From Centroscyllium fabricii (lineage: Eukaryota), in contig JBNRSN020000009.1 in assembly GCA_051313645.2 (NCBI GenBank), positions 152,582,001 to 152,646,000 of the forward strand: a DNA stretch of 64,000 nucleotides. Direction: 5' to 3'. Shown here one piece after another: positions 48,327-60,501 of this stretch (within the stretch, counting starts at the first letter, position 1; every line of letters starts with the position of its first letter). Below the pieces are notes generated by a model that was not told where the DNA came from, did no database searches, and saw only the letters and a list, made by a program, of their open reading frames with translations. A program made the translations under genes and the position numbers.

Positions 48327-49084
48327 GGCCCAGAAATTGCAGTGGAGCCTTCGTGCGGGTGCAGAACCTGCTTAACGCACTTGAACTGCCCATATTCAGT
48401 TTTGCTTTTTTGCACTGAGAAATTCCCGTTAGCCCAGCCCGTCAGAGCTCCGTGCGAGATCTGAAGGGCGTAATTCGTGCGAAGTGGCTTTTGAGACCAC
48501 CTGATTAGCAGGGAGCCAATCAGTGGAAGCAATTCTCCGTTCAAAACTTCCACAGAGAAATGTGTGCGAGTTTTGAATGGAGAGATTCTCAAAAGACATC
48601 TAAACACAAAAATAAAATTTTACAAACACCACATTTTTTAAACATTACCCCAACTAACACAAATAACTTATTTTAAAGAAAAAATTAAAATTTGCAGAAT
48701 TTTTTTTTCACTTCCAACAGGTCTAAAAAAAATACTTACCTGTCTTTAAAGTTATCAACAATTTAAAAACCTGAAAAAACAACAATTAAAATCAATAAAA
48801 TACACACTTAACCAGATGAAAACGGGTGTTAACGACTGCTTTTTTCCAGCGTTGAATTCTCTTCTCTTGGTCTGTTGAAAAAGTTAAAAAAAACATCGGC
48901 AAGTCTGGGCGCTCCCGTAGTTCGCTGCTTCCTCCGCTGGACCTCGCAGGAAGCAGGGACCCCCCCCCCTGCTGGGCGGCACAGGAAGTCCCGAAGCGTG
49001 CGCTCTGGCTGCTTCCTGCGGGTTTAAGCTCTGGTGCGCTCGCAGAGCTTAAACCCGATATGCGCTGACTGGAATTTCTGGGCC
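48327..49084. mobile_element. PIF/Harbinger-like MITE (sister of 36832)
   Basis: TIRs with AAT TSD. Confidence 0.75.
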
Positions 49085-50282
49085 AATAATACAAACCGAG
49101 AGTGCATAGAATCAATGTGTGTCGTACCAAAGTGAGACTGGTGTTGCTCACCTGTCTGTACTAACCATGTGACACCTTGGGCCAATGAGACCAGCACAAG
49201 AACATAAGTGCTTTTTTGTTATATTCACCACTTCGATTTTTGACTTTGTTTTTTCCTTTTTCCCCCCCCCCCCCCCTCTAAAATGTTGTTCTCATTTCTC
49301 CGCTGCTTCCAGCCCCCCCCCCCAGCTACATCTGAGCACTGCCGCAGACTTCAGCTAAAAGTGTTTTATTTAGAAGCAAACGCTGGCCTGTTTTATTTTT
49401 GCTGCAAGTGGATTGTTCACCTGGTATTAGCAGCAGTTACCAGTTGTTTTTCCAGATAGCTCGTACCGCCAGCGTCTTGCTGGCTATGCGACAGAGTTAT
49501 GCTAATGTTTTCTTAAATTTTTTTTTTGAGTGCATGGCCCCTTTTAAAGGGCTGAGCGGCCCATTCAAAATATCACACGTGTGGTTTTTCCCATTTAAAA
49601 GGCGGTGAAGCTCCAGAGCGCCACGCAGCCGCTCGGCTTAGAGTGAACATTGGTTAATGCCCTGTGCTCATCTTCCAACCAATCTTGCCGTCCTGCCAAC
49701 CAGCTCAGGTTGCCTACTCCTTCTTTCTTCCATAGTTCCTGTCATGTTCTTTTGAGGTACCGGCTCAGTGTGGACGTCTGCCCCCTCACTCCCTGGCCAC
49801 TGCTTATCCAGCACTGAAGTGTGGCTTTCCTAAGTGGTAGCGGATTCATAGGCTTTGGGCTGGTTAATGCTTGCTTTTCAAAGTATATAGGTTCAGTGTC
49901 GGCGTGCCGTTTCACTAAACAGTGCGCCGGTGGGGGAGCGGGGGGGAGAATGGCGTGACCGTTCACGGTCAGTTGCAGTGATGTTTTTTGGCAAATAGTT
50001 GGTTTTAGTAGAGTGCCTCTTTCTGCATTGCAAATGGACAAGACTCTCTCGTCCTCTGGATGAGAATTTTGCACTGAGATTCGCATCCACCTGAGAGGGA
50101 GGGCATTAAAGATGGTAATGGAAGAACGATGGAGTTGGTATACTGGAAGGATGAGGTCTAATGGGCAAAAGGACCTTCTTCATCTCGACCTAATTTAATG
50201 AGTGAGATTGTAATCCATGTTCTAGCTCGTGGTGTGCACTGGTCCCTTTTGATGCAGTGACTATTTTATTTCCTTGTCACAG

Positions 50283-50415
50283 AGTTCTTTGCCGACAATC
50301 TGGGAGATTTTTTCATCTTCCTGCGAAGGTTTGCAGACGACATTCTGGAAACTGCGGGCGATTCCCTGGAACAGCCTCTGCACTTTGTCACTGTGTTCAT
50401 GGGTAACATAGAGAG
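50283..50415 (+). CDS. UBE4A: UBE4A coding exon 11
   Basis: cacag|AG...AG|gtaaaa; encodes [45 protein letters not shown]. Confidence 0.95.
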
Positions 50416-51353
50416 GTAAAAGCTAGGAACTCTCCTGCAGAATTCACTGGCGAGCCTTGCACCACCCAGCGGCATGCTGCTGCTGCACCGTTTACATTGG
50501 GAGTTTATATTTATCGAAGTTAAGGATGTTGGTGCTGGGGAGTGGCAAGCATTCCCATTTAGGGGTGTCGGTGACGAGCAGTCCTGGGGGAGTTAAAGCG
50601 TGGATAGATGCTGAGTCAAGCTCCCTCGACTCTGCCCCAAAAATGTACCTCACCTCCATCCTCGGAAGAGCATCCCTACTCCACCAGTGCGGCATGTTTA
50701 CCTTTCCCTCACCGGTCATCCTTTAGCCTCTCGCAATGAGTGCCGTTTAGTTCTGAATTAGGGTCCCTGCGGCCAATTGGATTGGATCTTTCCAAATAGC
50801 TTTCAGCTAAAACTGTTAGACGGAGCAGACCTTTATTCAATCGATCTGGACCGGATTCAGACCCCGGTCTCTGGTGAAAGGCTGGTGTCTTAGCTCACTG
50901 CCTCCTCCTCCTGAACAAGGTTAATTATTGAAATATTTTCTGTAGGTGTCTCGGCAGCTACAATGCTAGAGACCCAAGATCAGTTCTCAATCTAGATTCT
51001 TGCTTGGGCTTCCCCTAAGTTGCCTGATGCAGAAATATTGTCCCGAGAATGAAGTGCAGAGGGAATATATTGCTCAATTGCACCTCCTTGAGTATCAGTT
51101 CAGGAGTACTGTTGGTGCAATTGTGTGTGGGATGTGTTGACTCCTTTTTCTGGAAAATTTACAGGGCTGTGGGGAACGGGCGGGGGAATAGGACTAATTG
51201 GACAGCTCTAGGCCCGATGGGCCAAACGGCCTCCTCCTGTGCTGTATCTTTCTATGATTCTATGAAATGAGACTTGGCGCGCAGTGAATTAAGCTGCAGT
51301 GTCTGTCTCCTTCCACTAGAGGAAGCCGCAGTTTGCAGCTCACTTGAAGCACA

Positions 51354-51561
51354 AATGTAAGAAGTCACACAACACCAGGCTGTAGTCCAACAGTTTTATT
51401 TGAAATCACAAGCTTTCGGAGTGCTGCTCCTTCCTCAGGTGAAGGAGCGTTGCTCCGAAAGCTTGTGATTTCAAATAAAGCTGTTGGACTATAACCTGGT
51501 GTTGTGTGACTGCTTACATTTGTCCACCCCAGTTCAACACCGGCACCTCCACATCATGGCT
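51354..51561. mobile_element. Mini Penelope hairpin element with intact hammerhead motif (51406-51442, -)
   Basis: 12-bp TSD acttgaagcaca; reverse complement UCAC-CUGAGGA-aGGAG cagca CUCC-GAAA-GC-UU-GUGA. Confidence 0.85.
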
Positions 51562-51648
51562 ACTTGAAGCACAGCAGCGAGAGAAGCCCCTGTTCTGCAG
51601 CATTCAGTAAAAGACACTCTCATGACATTGCCAACGACACGACACGCA

Positions 51649-52609
51649 TGTTGACGTGCTCCGTCCCTGGCCCGTTGACGTGCTCCGTCCCTGGCCCGTT
51701 GACGTGCTCCGTCCCTGGCCCGTTGACCTGCTCCGTCCCTGGCCCGTTGACCTGCTCCGTCCCTGGCCCGTTGACCTGCTCCGTCCCTGGCCCGTTGACC
51801 TGCTCCGTCCCTGGCCCGTTGACCTGCTCCGTCCCTGGCCCGTTGACCTGCTCCGTCCCTGGCCCGTTGACCTGCTCCGTCCCTGGCCCGTTGACCTGCT
51901 CCGTCCCTGGCCCGTTGACCTGCTCCGTCCCTGGCCCGTTGACCTGCTCCGTCCCTGGCCCGTTGACCTGCTCCGTCCCTGGCCCGTTGACCTGCTCCGT
52001 CCCTGGCCCGTTGACCTGCTCCGTCCCTGGCCCGTTGACCTGCTCCGTCCCTGGCCCGTTGACCTGCTCCGTCCCTGGCCCGTTGACCTGCTCCGTCCCT
52101 GGCCCGTTGACCTGCTCCGTCCCTGGCCCGTTGACCTGCTCCGTCCCTGGCCCGTTGACCTGCTCCGTCCCTGGCCCGTTGACCTGCTCCGTCCCTGGCC
52201 CGTTGACCTGCTCCGTCCCTGGCCCGTTGACCTGCTCCGTCCCTGGCCCGTTGACCTGCTCCGTCCCTGGCCCGTTGACCTGCTCCGTCCCTGGCCCGTT
52301 GACCTGCTCCGTCCCTGGCCCGTTGACCTGCTCCGTCCCTGGCCCGTTGACCTGCTCCGTCCCTGGCCCGTTGACCTGCTCCGTCCCTGGCCCGTTGACC
52401 TGCTCCGTCCCTGGCCCGTTGACCTGCTCCGTCCCTGGCCCGTTGACCTGCTCGGTCCCTGGCCCGTTGACCTGCTCGGTCCCTGGCCCGTTGACCTGCT
52501 CGGTCCCTGGCCCGTTGACCTGCTCGGTCCCTGGCCCGTTGACCTGCTCGGTCCCTGGCCCGTTGACCTGCTCGGTCCCTGGCCCGTTGACATGCTCCGT
52601 CCCTGGCCC
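51649..52609. repeat. 24-bp GC-rich minisatellite, ~40 copies
   Basis: Unit tgctccgtccctggcccgttgacc. Confidence 0.97.
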
Positions 52610-54184
52610 AGTGAGTGCACCACCTTCCCCAAACCTCTGGGACAGGCCTAGTAAAGGCAGTGGGAGAGGAAGCAATGCACTGAAGTTGAGAACAGCGAGC
52701 TCCTAGACATTTGTCAATTTACATTTCTCCTAAATATTCCCTGTAGAGTTCACTTATGTTTTTGCATTTCTTGCTGACCATTATGGGGAAATTCAACCTT
52801 TGTTTCTCCTTATACCCGTGGATTTCTTTTTCTGAAGGGTGGGGTGGCAGGGTGATAGTTTGCATTTCTATGTTCTCTAGTTATGCGATGATTAGTCTAA
52901 AACTGTCGGTTTTCCCCTCTCTCATCCAGTCCCTCTGGCTCCGCGTACACCACAGTCAGAAGACATTCCTGTGAATATGTATCTACAGATATAGGTCGCG
53001 CTACTGTAGGGCAATTGATTATGTACAAAAACAGACAACACCTCCCCCCCCCCCCCCCCCCCCCCCCCCCCAAGATGGCTCTTCACTGCAGGTAATCTGC
53101 TGGGATCAGTGTTGCTCCTCTCATTGAGGATCCAGAGACGGCGGGCATTATAGATCAGGTCTCCCGCTGGAGCCCCATGCACAGACACTGGGCCTACCGG
53201 GCCACACAATCATCATTTCCAAACGATTGGAAAATGTCCCGCTGCACTCGGGAAGCTGACTGACAGACTTCAATGTAAATAATTACAACTGTACAAATAA
53301 CGTTGGCAGATAGTGACTGCTTTAAGTGAGGATTGTGGCCAAAGGAATGGGCATTAACGCCCTGTTTAGGTCTGCGTTCCTGGAACACTTGGGAGCAACA
53401 ACAGCAGACACGTAAATAATATTCCAAGCCGTAAAGTTTGGAACATCGAGAGTTACAAATGTTTCTTCTATCTGTAATATTGGTCAGTGTTGTCACTAGG
53501 TTTTCAGTAAAGTGTAAGGGTTTGTCTTTTGAAATCTTTGTGCTGTGTCCACTTGAACTGTGGAAAAACAGCCAACACTGCAGTTGTAAATTCTGTGCTT
53601 CCAAACTTGGGATGCGTCTGGAAGGAACATTGGTTAGCACCCTTGTACTGCATAGCTCAATGTTCCCTTTAACCTCGCACGCAGGCCGCTTGCCGGCTTT
53701 ATAATAGGAAAAACCACGCATGTGCAGGAATTTGAATGGGCCACGCAGCCCGTTAAAGGGGCAGTGCATCCAAAAAAAATTCAAGGGAACATTGATGCTA
53801 ACCTCAATTGATCAGTGGGTAGTTGAGCCACACAGTTGAGTATGGTCCCAGGTCTGATCCCCAGTCTGTGCTTAATTAGCAGATCTTGAACAGGGTGATA
53901 GGAGGAACTACAGTTGGCCACAGCAATTAGGGAGGGGCGAACTGGGCATGGTTCCCATTTCCAATTTCCATCCAGTGACCCCTAGAAAGTGCAGGCGGAG
54001 TGAGGATGGGATTTGGCTCACCAGTGACCTGCTCTGGTAAAATAACCTGCCCACACTCGCTGTGAAGGGCTACACGTGAAGAATGGCCAGATGGGTGAGG
54101 AATTGCAACCCACCCCATGTGACCATTCCCCTGCTCGGGGTCAATATCTTCAGGGTGGAGGAAAGTTGGAGCAAGTTGCAAAAC

Positions 54185-54770
54185 AACAGCAACAACTTGT
54201 ATTTATATAGCGCCTTTACCGTAGTAAAACATCCCAAGGTGCTTCACAGGAGTGTCAGGAAACAAAATTTCACACCGAGCCATATAAAGAGAAATTGTGG
54301 CAAATGAAAAAGGTCGGTTTTAAGGAGTGTCTTAAAAGAGGAGAGAGAGGTTTAGGAAGGGAATTCCAGAGCTTAAGGCCTTGGCAGCTGAAGGCATGGC
54401 TACCAACAGTTGAGCGATTTAAAATCAGGGATGCTCAAGAGGCCAGAATTAGAGGAGCGCAGATATCTCGTGGCGGGGGGACGGGAGGCAGGCGGGCTGG
54501 AGGAGATTCGAGATAAGGAGGGACTTGAAAACAAGGATGAGGATTTTACAATAAGGCATTGCTGAAGCGGGAGCCAATGTCGGTCAGCAAGCACAGGGGT
54601 GATGGGTTAACGGGACTTGGTGCGAGTTAGGACACGGGCAGCAGAGATTTGGATGACCTCAAATTTACGTCTGGTAGATTGTGAGAGGCCAGCCAGGAGT
54701 GTGTTGGAATAGGTAAGTCTAGAGGTAACAAAGGCATGAATGAGGGTTTCAGCAGCAGATGAGCTGTGGT
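54185..54770 (-). mobile_element. L2 LINE 3' fragment
   Basis: SAAETLIHAFVTSRLTYSNTLLAGL...IQISAARVLTRTK; tail aaggcgctatataaatacaagttgttgc. Confidence 0.85.
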
Positions 54771-55035
54771 ATAGTAACAGCAGCTTGAAGTGATGAATTA
54801 CGAGTGTCACGCAAAACAAATTGGCTGAAGTAAGATATTTTTCAGTAGTGTATTGATGGCACTATACCAAAAAAAAACAGTGACAACTCTGATCAATTGA
54901 TTATGTTGTGGGGTTTTTCTTTTTATTTATATCGTTGTTCAATTTCACGTGAGTCCTAATAGCTGGATTATGCTGAAAGATGTGTTGACTGACTGACTAG
55001 CAAGCCTCTTTCTTCCCCTCCCCGTGATGCCTCAG

Positions 55036-55223
55036 GATGAAGAACCCTCACCTTCGAGCGAAGCTGGCTGAGGTCCTTGAGGCTGTGATGCCTCACATGG
55101 AGCAGGTGCAGAACCCATTGATTAGCAGCATGTTCCACCGGCAGCGAGTCTTCTGCTCCTATCGGCATGCCCACTATCTCGCCGAAGCACTTATCAAAGT
55201 GTTTGTGGACATTGAATTCACAG
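55036..55223 (+). CDS. UBE4A: UBE4A coding exon 12 (last in window; gene continues beyond 64000)
   Basis: ctcag|G...ACAG|gtatgt; encodes [19 protein letters not shown]...[15 protein letters not shown]. The next expected exon (GDPHQFEQKFNYR) was not found in the window. Confidence 0.96.
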
Positions 55224-55646
55224 GTATGTTCGAAAGGTAGCTGCAGTGACAGGTAAAGACCACATCCATTACAACAGTGACAACACTTCTAAAGTACTTC
55301 ACTGTCTGTAAAGCTTTGGGGGCATCCCGAGGTCTTTCATTTTATAAGATGGCACATGTGTGAAATTACACCCCTATTTTCCAGCCAAGCCACCATTAAA
55401 AAAAAAGTTACGCTCCTATCAATCGGTATGATTCCCCAGAGAATGAAAATTGATTTTGATGCACGCTGACTATTCCATGCGCTGTCACTGCTGCACAGAA
55501 ACCGGGAGCAACGGGCCAGGTGAGGGAGAGCATAAGACAGGAGCCTGATGGAGACAAGTGGGAGACCAGAAGTCAGGCGGGAGCAGTGCTGAAGTGTTCA
55601 CCATATAGACGATCGCGTGGGGCTGGGTGTAGGCCATGAAGAGATA

Positions 55647-56225
55647 TGATGTGGAGGTGCCGGTGTTGGACTGGGGTGGACAAATGCAAGAAGTCACACA
55701 ACACCAGGTTATAGTCCAACAGTTTTATTTGAAATCACAAGCTTTCAGAGCGTTGCTCCTTCCTCAGGTGTAAAAGAGAAGTTAATTAGAAGACAGCATA
55801 TATAGAAGGGAGAGAGCAATCTAATCTCTCCAACATCACACTTCAGCAGAGAGACATACAGAGCAGACAAAGGTGTTTTAACATATTAATCAGGCACCAG
55901 TCTGAGATCAATGAGGTATAGTCACAAAGGGTCAAATGTTGTAGTCTTGTGTCTGTGTGAAAACACACAGAATGATTTAAAAAAAGAAGGATTTTCCTTA
56001 CTGGAAATCGCCGCAGCAAACAAGACAAAGCCGACTTGAGTCTGGATGACTCTACGTCAGGCAGGGTCACATGTAGCGTGACATGAAGCCAATATCACGG
56101 TTGAGGCCATCCTCATGGGTGTGGAATTTGGCTATCAGCCTCTGCTCGACGATTTTGCGTTGTCGTGTGTCTCGAAGGCCGCCTTGGAGAATGCTTACCC
56201 GACGATCGGAGGCTGAAGATCGGAG
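55647..56225 (-). mobile_element. Penelope-like element 3' end (family 1)
   Basis: GIY-YIG end VSILQGGLRDTRQRKIVEQRLIAKFHTHEDGLNRD, pLTR with hammerhead motif (~55735-55771) and extension; TSD gaagagata. Confidence 0.88.
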
Positions 56226-56865
56226 GAAGAGATAAGTGTGCCTTGTAGAGTGAGCTAGAGTATTGTAGGTTGCAGAATAAGGCACTTCTAGGATTCTTCA
56301 TGGTCATAAATGTTTTTCTCTCTCCCGCGCACTCCTTCCTCCCCCCCCCCCCCCCCCCCGCCCGACCCAAAGAAGGAAAAAGAACACCTTGGCTCAACTT
56401 CTAAACCCCCCCCCCCCCCCCCTTGTCGAGTTAAATCTAGTATTGTAGGAAATACTTGGAAGGCGTCGAAGAAAAGAGCTGATCGTTAACTATTTAGATC
56501 CTATGGCACTGGTGTTGCCGAGCAGATGTGCTCCATGCGACTCCTATTTGCACTTTCAGATTTTTGCTAGAGGAGGATATGGCACTGCATGGTGATGCCC
56601 TGTAAATGCAGATTTCACAAAGGCAGTAACTGTAGAATCGCCTGTTGTGCTAAAGTTAACGCTTCTGCTTCTTCGTAGCATCGTCTTTTTGTAACGGAGG
56701 ATCCCAGCTTCAAACCCTGGTCTCTGCTGATCGAGTTGAGCTCAGCTGAGACTGCAGCAAGGGAATTATAATTAGCTCAGCAACTTGCAGGGGCGGGGTG
56801 AAATCGGCCAGAATTGCTACTAGAAAGTGTACGCGTGGACCTTGGATGAGAACAGGGTTGGGCTT

Positions 56866-57365
56866 CATAGAATCATAGACATTTATGGCACAGAAGGAGG
56901 CCATTCGGCCCATCATGTCTTTGCTGGCTGAACTAAAGCTATCCGGCCTAATCCCACTTTCCAGCTCTTGGTCCGTAGCCCTGTAGGTTCCGGCACTTCA
57001 AGCGCGTATCCAAGTGCTTTTTAAATGTGATGAGGGTTTCTGCCTCTACCACCCTTTCAGGCAGTGAGTTCCAGACCCCCACCACCCTCTGGGTGAAAGC
57101 AATTCTCCTCAACTCCCCTATAATCCTTCTACCAATTACTTTAATTCTAAACCCCCCAGGTTATTGACCTCTCTGCTGAGGAAAATAGGTCCTTCCGATC
57201 CACTCTATCTATACCCCTCATAATTTCAAGTCTTCCCTCAGCCTCCGCTGTTCCAAAGAAAACAACCCCAGCCTCTCCAATCTTTCCTCCTAGCTAAAAT
57301 TCCCCAGTCCTGCCAACATCCTCGTAAATCTCCTCTGTACCCTCGTTGGTGCGATCACATCTTTC
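56866..57365 (-). mobile_element. Older CR1 3' fragment
   Basis: Degraded RT C-terminus and tail tctatgattctatg on -; related to ~47960-48310. Confidence 0.75.
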
Positions 57366-58302
57366 CTGTAACTCAGCTGCTGTCTGTTGTTGCGTAGCCC
57401 TGCAGCACACTCTGTCTAGGCGACACTGGAGCCTGTGGAACTGTACCCCAGCAAGAGTTGGCGCCTTCAGAAGGAGGAGGGTGGGGTGGGGTGCAGAAAT
57501 GTTTAATTTTAAGTCACTGCTGTTCAGATAAATAGAGCTAATTCTGCTACTGCTGTAATAAGCAGCATAAAACGGTAGTGATTTTTAATCCAAAAATGCA
57601 GCTGGCTCCTTCAAAAGGTTGAATGTTTTGGGTCAGAAAATGATTTTCTTGGCTGTTGCTTCCTTTCTTGGCAGGCTCTTATTTTTGGTTCTGTAAAATC
57701 ACATGTTTTTTATGTATCTTGGAGCTGAATAAGTAATTTTAGGCCAACTATTGAGTCGTGTTCAGAAAGACCTGAACAAGAATTCCTATTGAAGGTTTGT
57801 TTCTTTTCTGATGTTCAATTCTTTTGCTGGTTTGTCAAATGATGAAACTATCCAGTTTTAGCAAAACTGAAGCGCACAAAGGGCTGTTTGCTGTGAAGTT
57901 CTTGTCTTCCCAGGTTGGATGAAACTTCGCCCGGTGGCGATAGAGATGTGCAAGATGGGAATTCTCTACCCCAGAGGGCTGTGGATGCTCAGTCGTTGAG
58001 TATATTCCAGACAGAGATCGATAGATTTTTGGATATTAAGGGACATGGGGATCGGGTGGGAAGGTGGTGTTGAGGTTGAAGATCAGCCATCATCTCTCGA
58101 ATAGCGGAGCAGGCTCGATGGGCTGGATTGCCGACTCCTGCTCCTATTTCTTATGTTCTTGTAAGTAAACGGCGCAAAGAGTAAATAGTTTCTTCAGATT
58201 AAACAGTTGAAAGTATTACAAGGTGACTCGGCTCCAAATTTAGAGCTGATGTTCACCATTTATACTTGTGACAACACTTGGAATGGGTGTCTGGGCAGGA
58301 TA

Positions 58303-59056
58303 GAAACAAAGAAGATAGGAGCAGGAGTAGGCCATTCGTCCCCTCGAGCCTTCTCCACCATTCAATGAGATTATGGCTGATCACCCAATCTCAGTACCCC
58401 GTACCTGCCTTCTCCCCATATCGCTTGATACCTTTAGCTCTAAGAAATATATCCAACTCCTTCTTGAATATATTTAATGAATTGGCCTCAACTGTCTTCT
58501 GTGGTAGAGAATTCCACAGGTTCACCACTCTCTGGGTGAAGAAATTCCTCCTCATCTCTGTCCTAAATGGCCTACCCCTTATCCTTAGACTGTGACCCCT
58601 GGTTCTGGACTCTCTGACCATCGGGAACATCCTTCCTGCATCTAGTCTGTCTAGTCCTGTTAGAATTTTATAAGTTTCAATGAGATCCCCTCTCATTCTT
58701 CTAAACTCCAGCGAGTATAAGCCCAATCAACCCAATCTCTCCTCATACGTCATTCCTGCCATCCCAGGTATCAGCCTTGTGAATCTTCGCTGAACTCCTT
58801 CCATGGCAAGAACATCCTTCCTCAGATAAGACGACCAAAACTGCACACAATACTCAAGGTGTGGTCTCACCAAGGCCCTGTACAACTGCAGCCGGACATC
58901 CTTGATCCTGTACTCAAACCCTTTCGCTATGAAGGCCAACGTACCATTTGCCGCCTTCACTGCCTGCTGCACCTGCATGCTTACCTTCAGCGACTGGTGC
59001 ACAAGGACACTCGGGTCTCGTTGTACTTCCCCTTCTCCCAATCTATTGCCGTTCAG
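58303..59056 (-). mobile_element. CR1 3' fragment
   Basis: ORFs 58727-59065 and 58391-58726. Confidence 0.9.
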
Positions 59057-60501
59057 CAGTGACAAACCCTAGAATAATTTAAGAGCCAGTTGAACAGTGT
59101 AACAGGTATGTTATTTCTGGATAGGTGAGCTAAGATGACACAAATGACCATCCACATCTGTAACTATCTTGTGATCATTGACAAATCTGTAGAGAACATG
59201 GTATTGGAATAAATTGCATAAGTCAGGATCTAACTTTATTTTCTCAACTGCAGTGGATAGTGCCTGAGGGGCCAATAAGGTATAAAACATGGGTACAGAC
59301 CCACTTTACAGTAGGGGGATCTTGGATTTTGAATGTCACTCTGTCAGCCTGTAAGATGCCAAATGAATGATGGTGTTTATTTTCTTCACCCTTTTTCCAT
59401 TCTCGCTGTCCCCATCTTGATATTTGGATCGGCTGCCATGCTTTGTTTTGTCACCGATTTTAATGTTCCTGGTGGTGCTTACTGTTGCGTGAGTTGGGCT
59501 GTCATTTGAACTGGAATGCGTGTTTAAGGAATGAAACATTGAGAGTTTGAAAAATACTCTTTGCAGTTGCCCGTGAATCCATTGGTGTGAGCTATTCATT
59601 ATCCCTCCTCTTCTGAAATCATTTATTCCTTGCTTGGGGTACTGTTCCATAGACATCAGGTGCCCTCGGTACAAGTGGCCATTCTTCAATTACATGCCTA
59701 GGCAGAGTGTCAGTCGGCTAATTGACCCCAGGGCATCATAGCGTAGCCCGAGCCTTTCCTCACTCAACGTCTGTACCCATGCACATTCAGGAAGGGCTGC
59801 TGGATAGCTACCAGGAGTAGGAGTGCAAGCCATTTTCTAACCTGTGGCTCAGAGGCTAATTATACCACCTCCACCTCGGCTCGCTTTGAGTTGAGTGACC
59901 TCAAACACCGAAGATCAAACGTGGGACTTTTCTGATCTGTATGGCTCAGCTACTGAATGGAAAAACTCATTGAGATGGGGAGGGGTTCGTGGTGGTGGGG
60001 GACAGGGAGGAGTTCTGGGACAAATTGTTCAGATGTAACTGGCAGTCCAAAAATGCCCAATCTCAGAAAATTACTGGTAAAAATCTCAGGCAGTTTCTGA
60101 AAATGAGTATAAATGATGGGGATGAAGCGCATTGAGGTAGAGCGTAGGGTATGGGTTTATGCCTGAGTTTCTCCATGTACTGAATTTGTGACTGGGAAAT
60201 TGCTGAACATCAGTCGAATGTTGCCGGACAGGTTAATGGAAGGGGAAAGTCCTCATTCAGATACGCTCGAGCCTCTCAAAGCAGCAGCATTGGCTGAGGC
60301 CTGGGCTGGGAGTGAGTGCCCTTTTTGGCTTCAGTTGATGTGGTAATGGGGACACTAGAGAAACAGGGCAAAAATAACCTGGCAGGCAGATTGCATTAAA
60401 AGTAGTATTGGGATTAGCGATAACTGTGTTCAGTTCCGGTCCCCAAGGCCAAGAGGCAGAGCAGTGTAGAGCCACAAGACTGATCTGAGGATTGAGCAAC
60501 A

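Noticed and set aside
51564-52706. Four long ORFs (331-380 aa) with octapeptide repeats
   Set aside because: By-products of a stop-free 24-bp minisatellite inside an intron; open on both strands with no unique domain.
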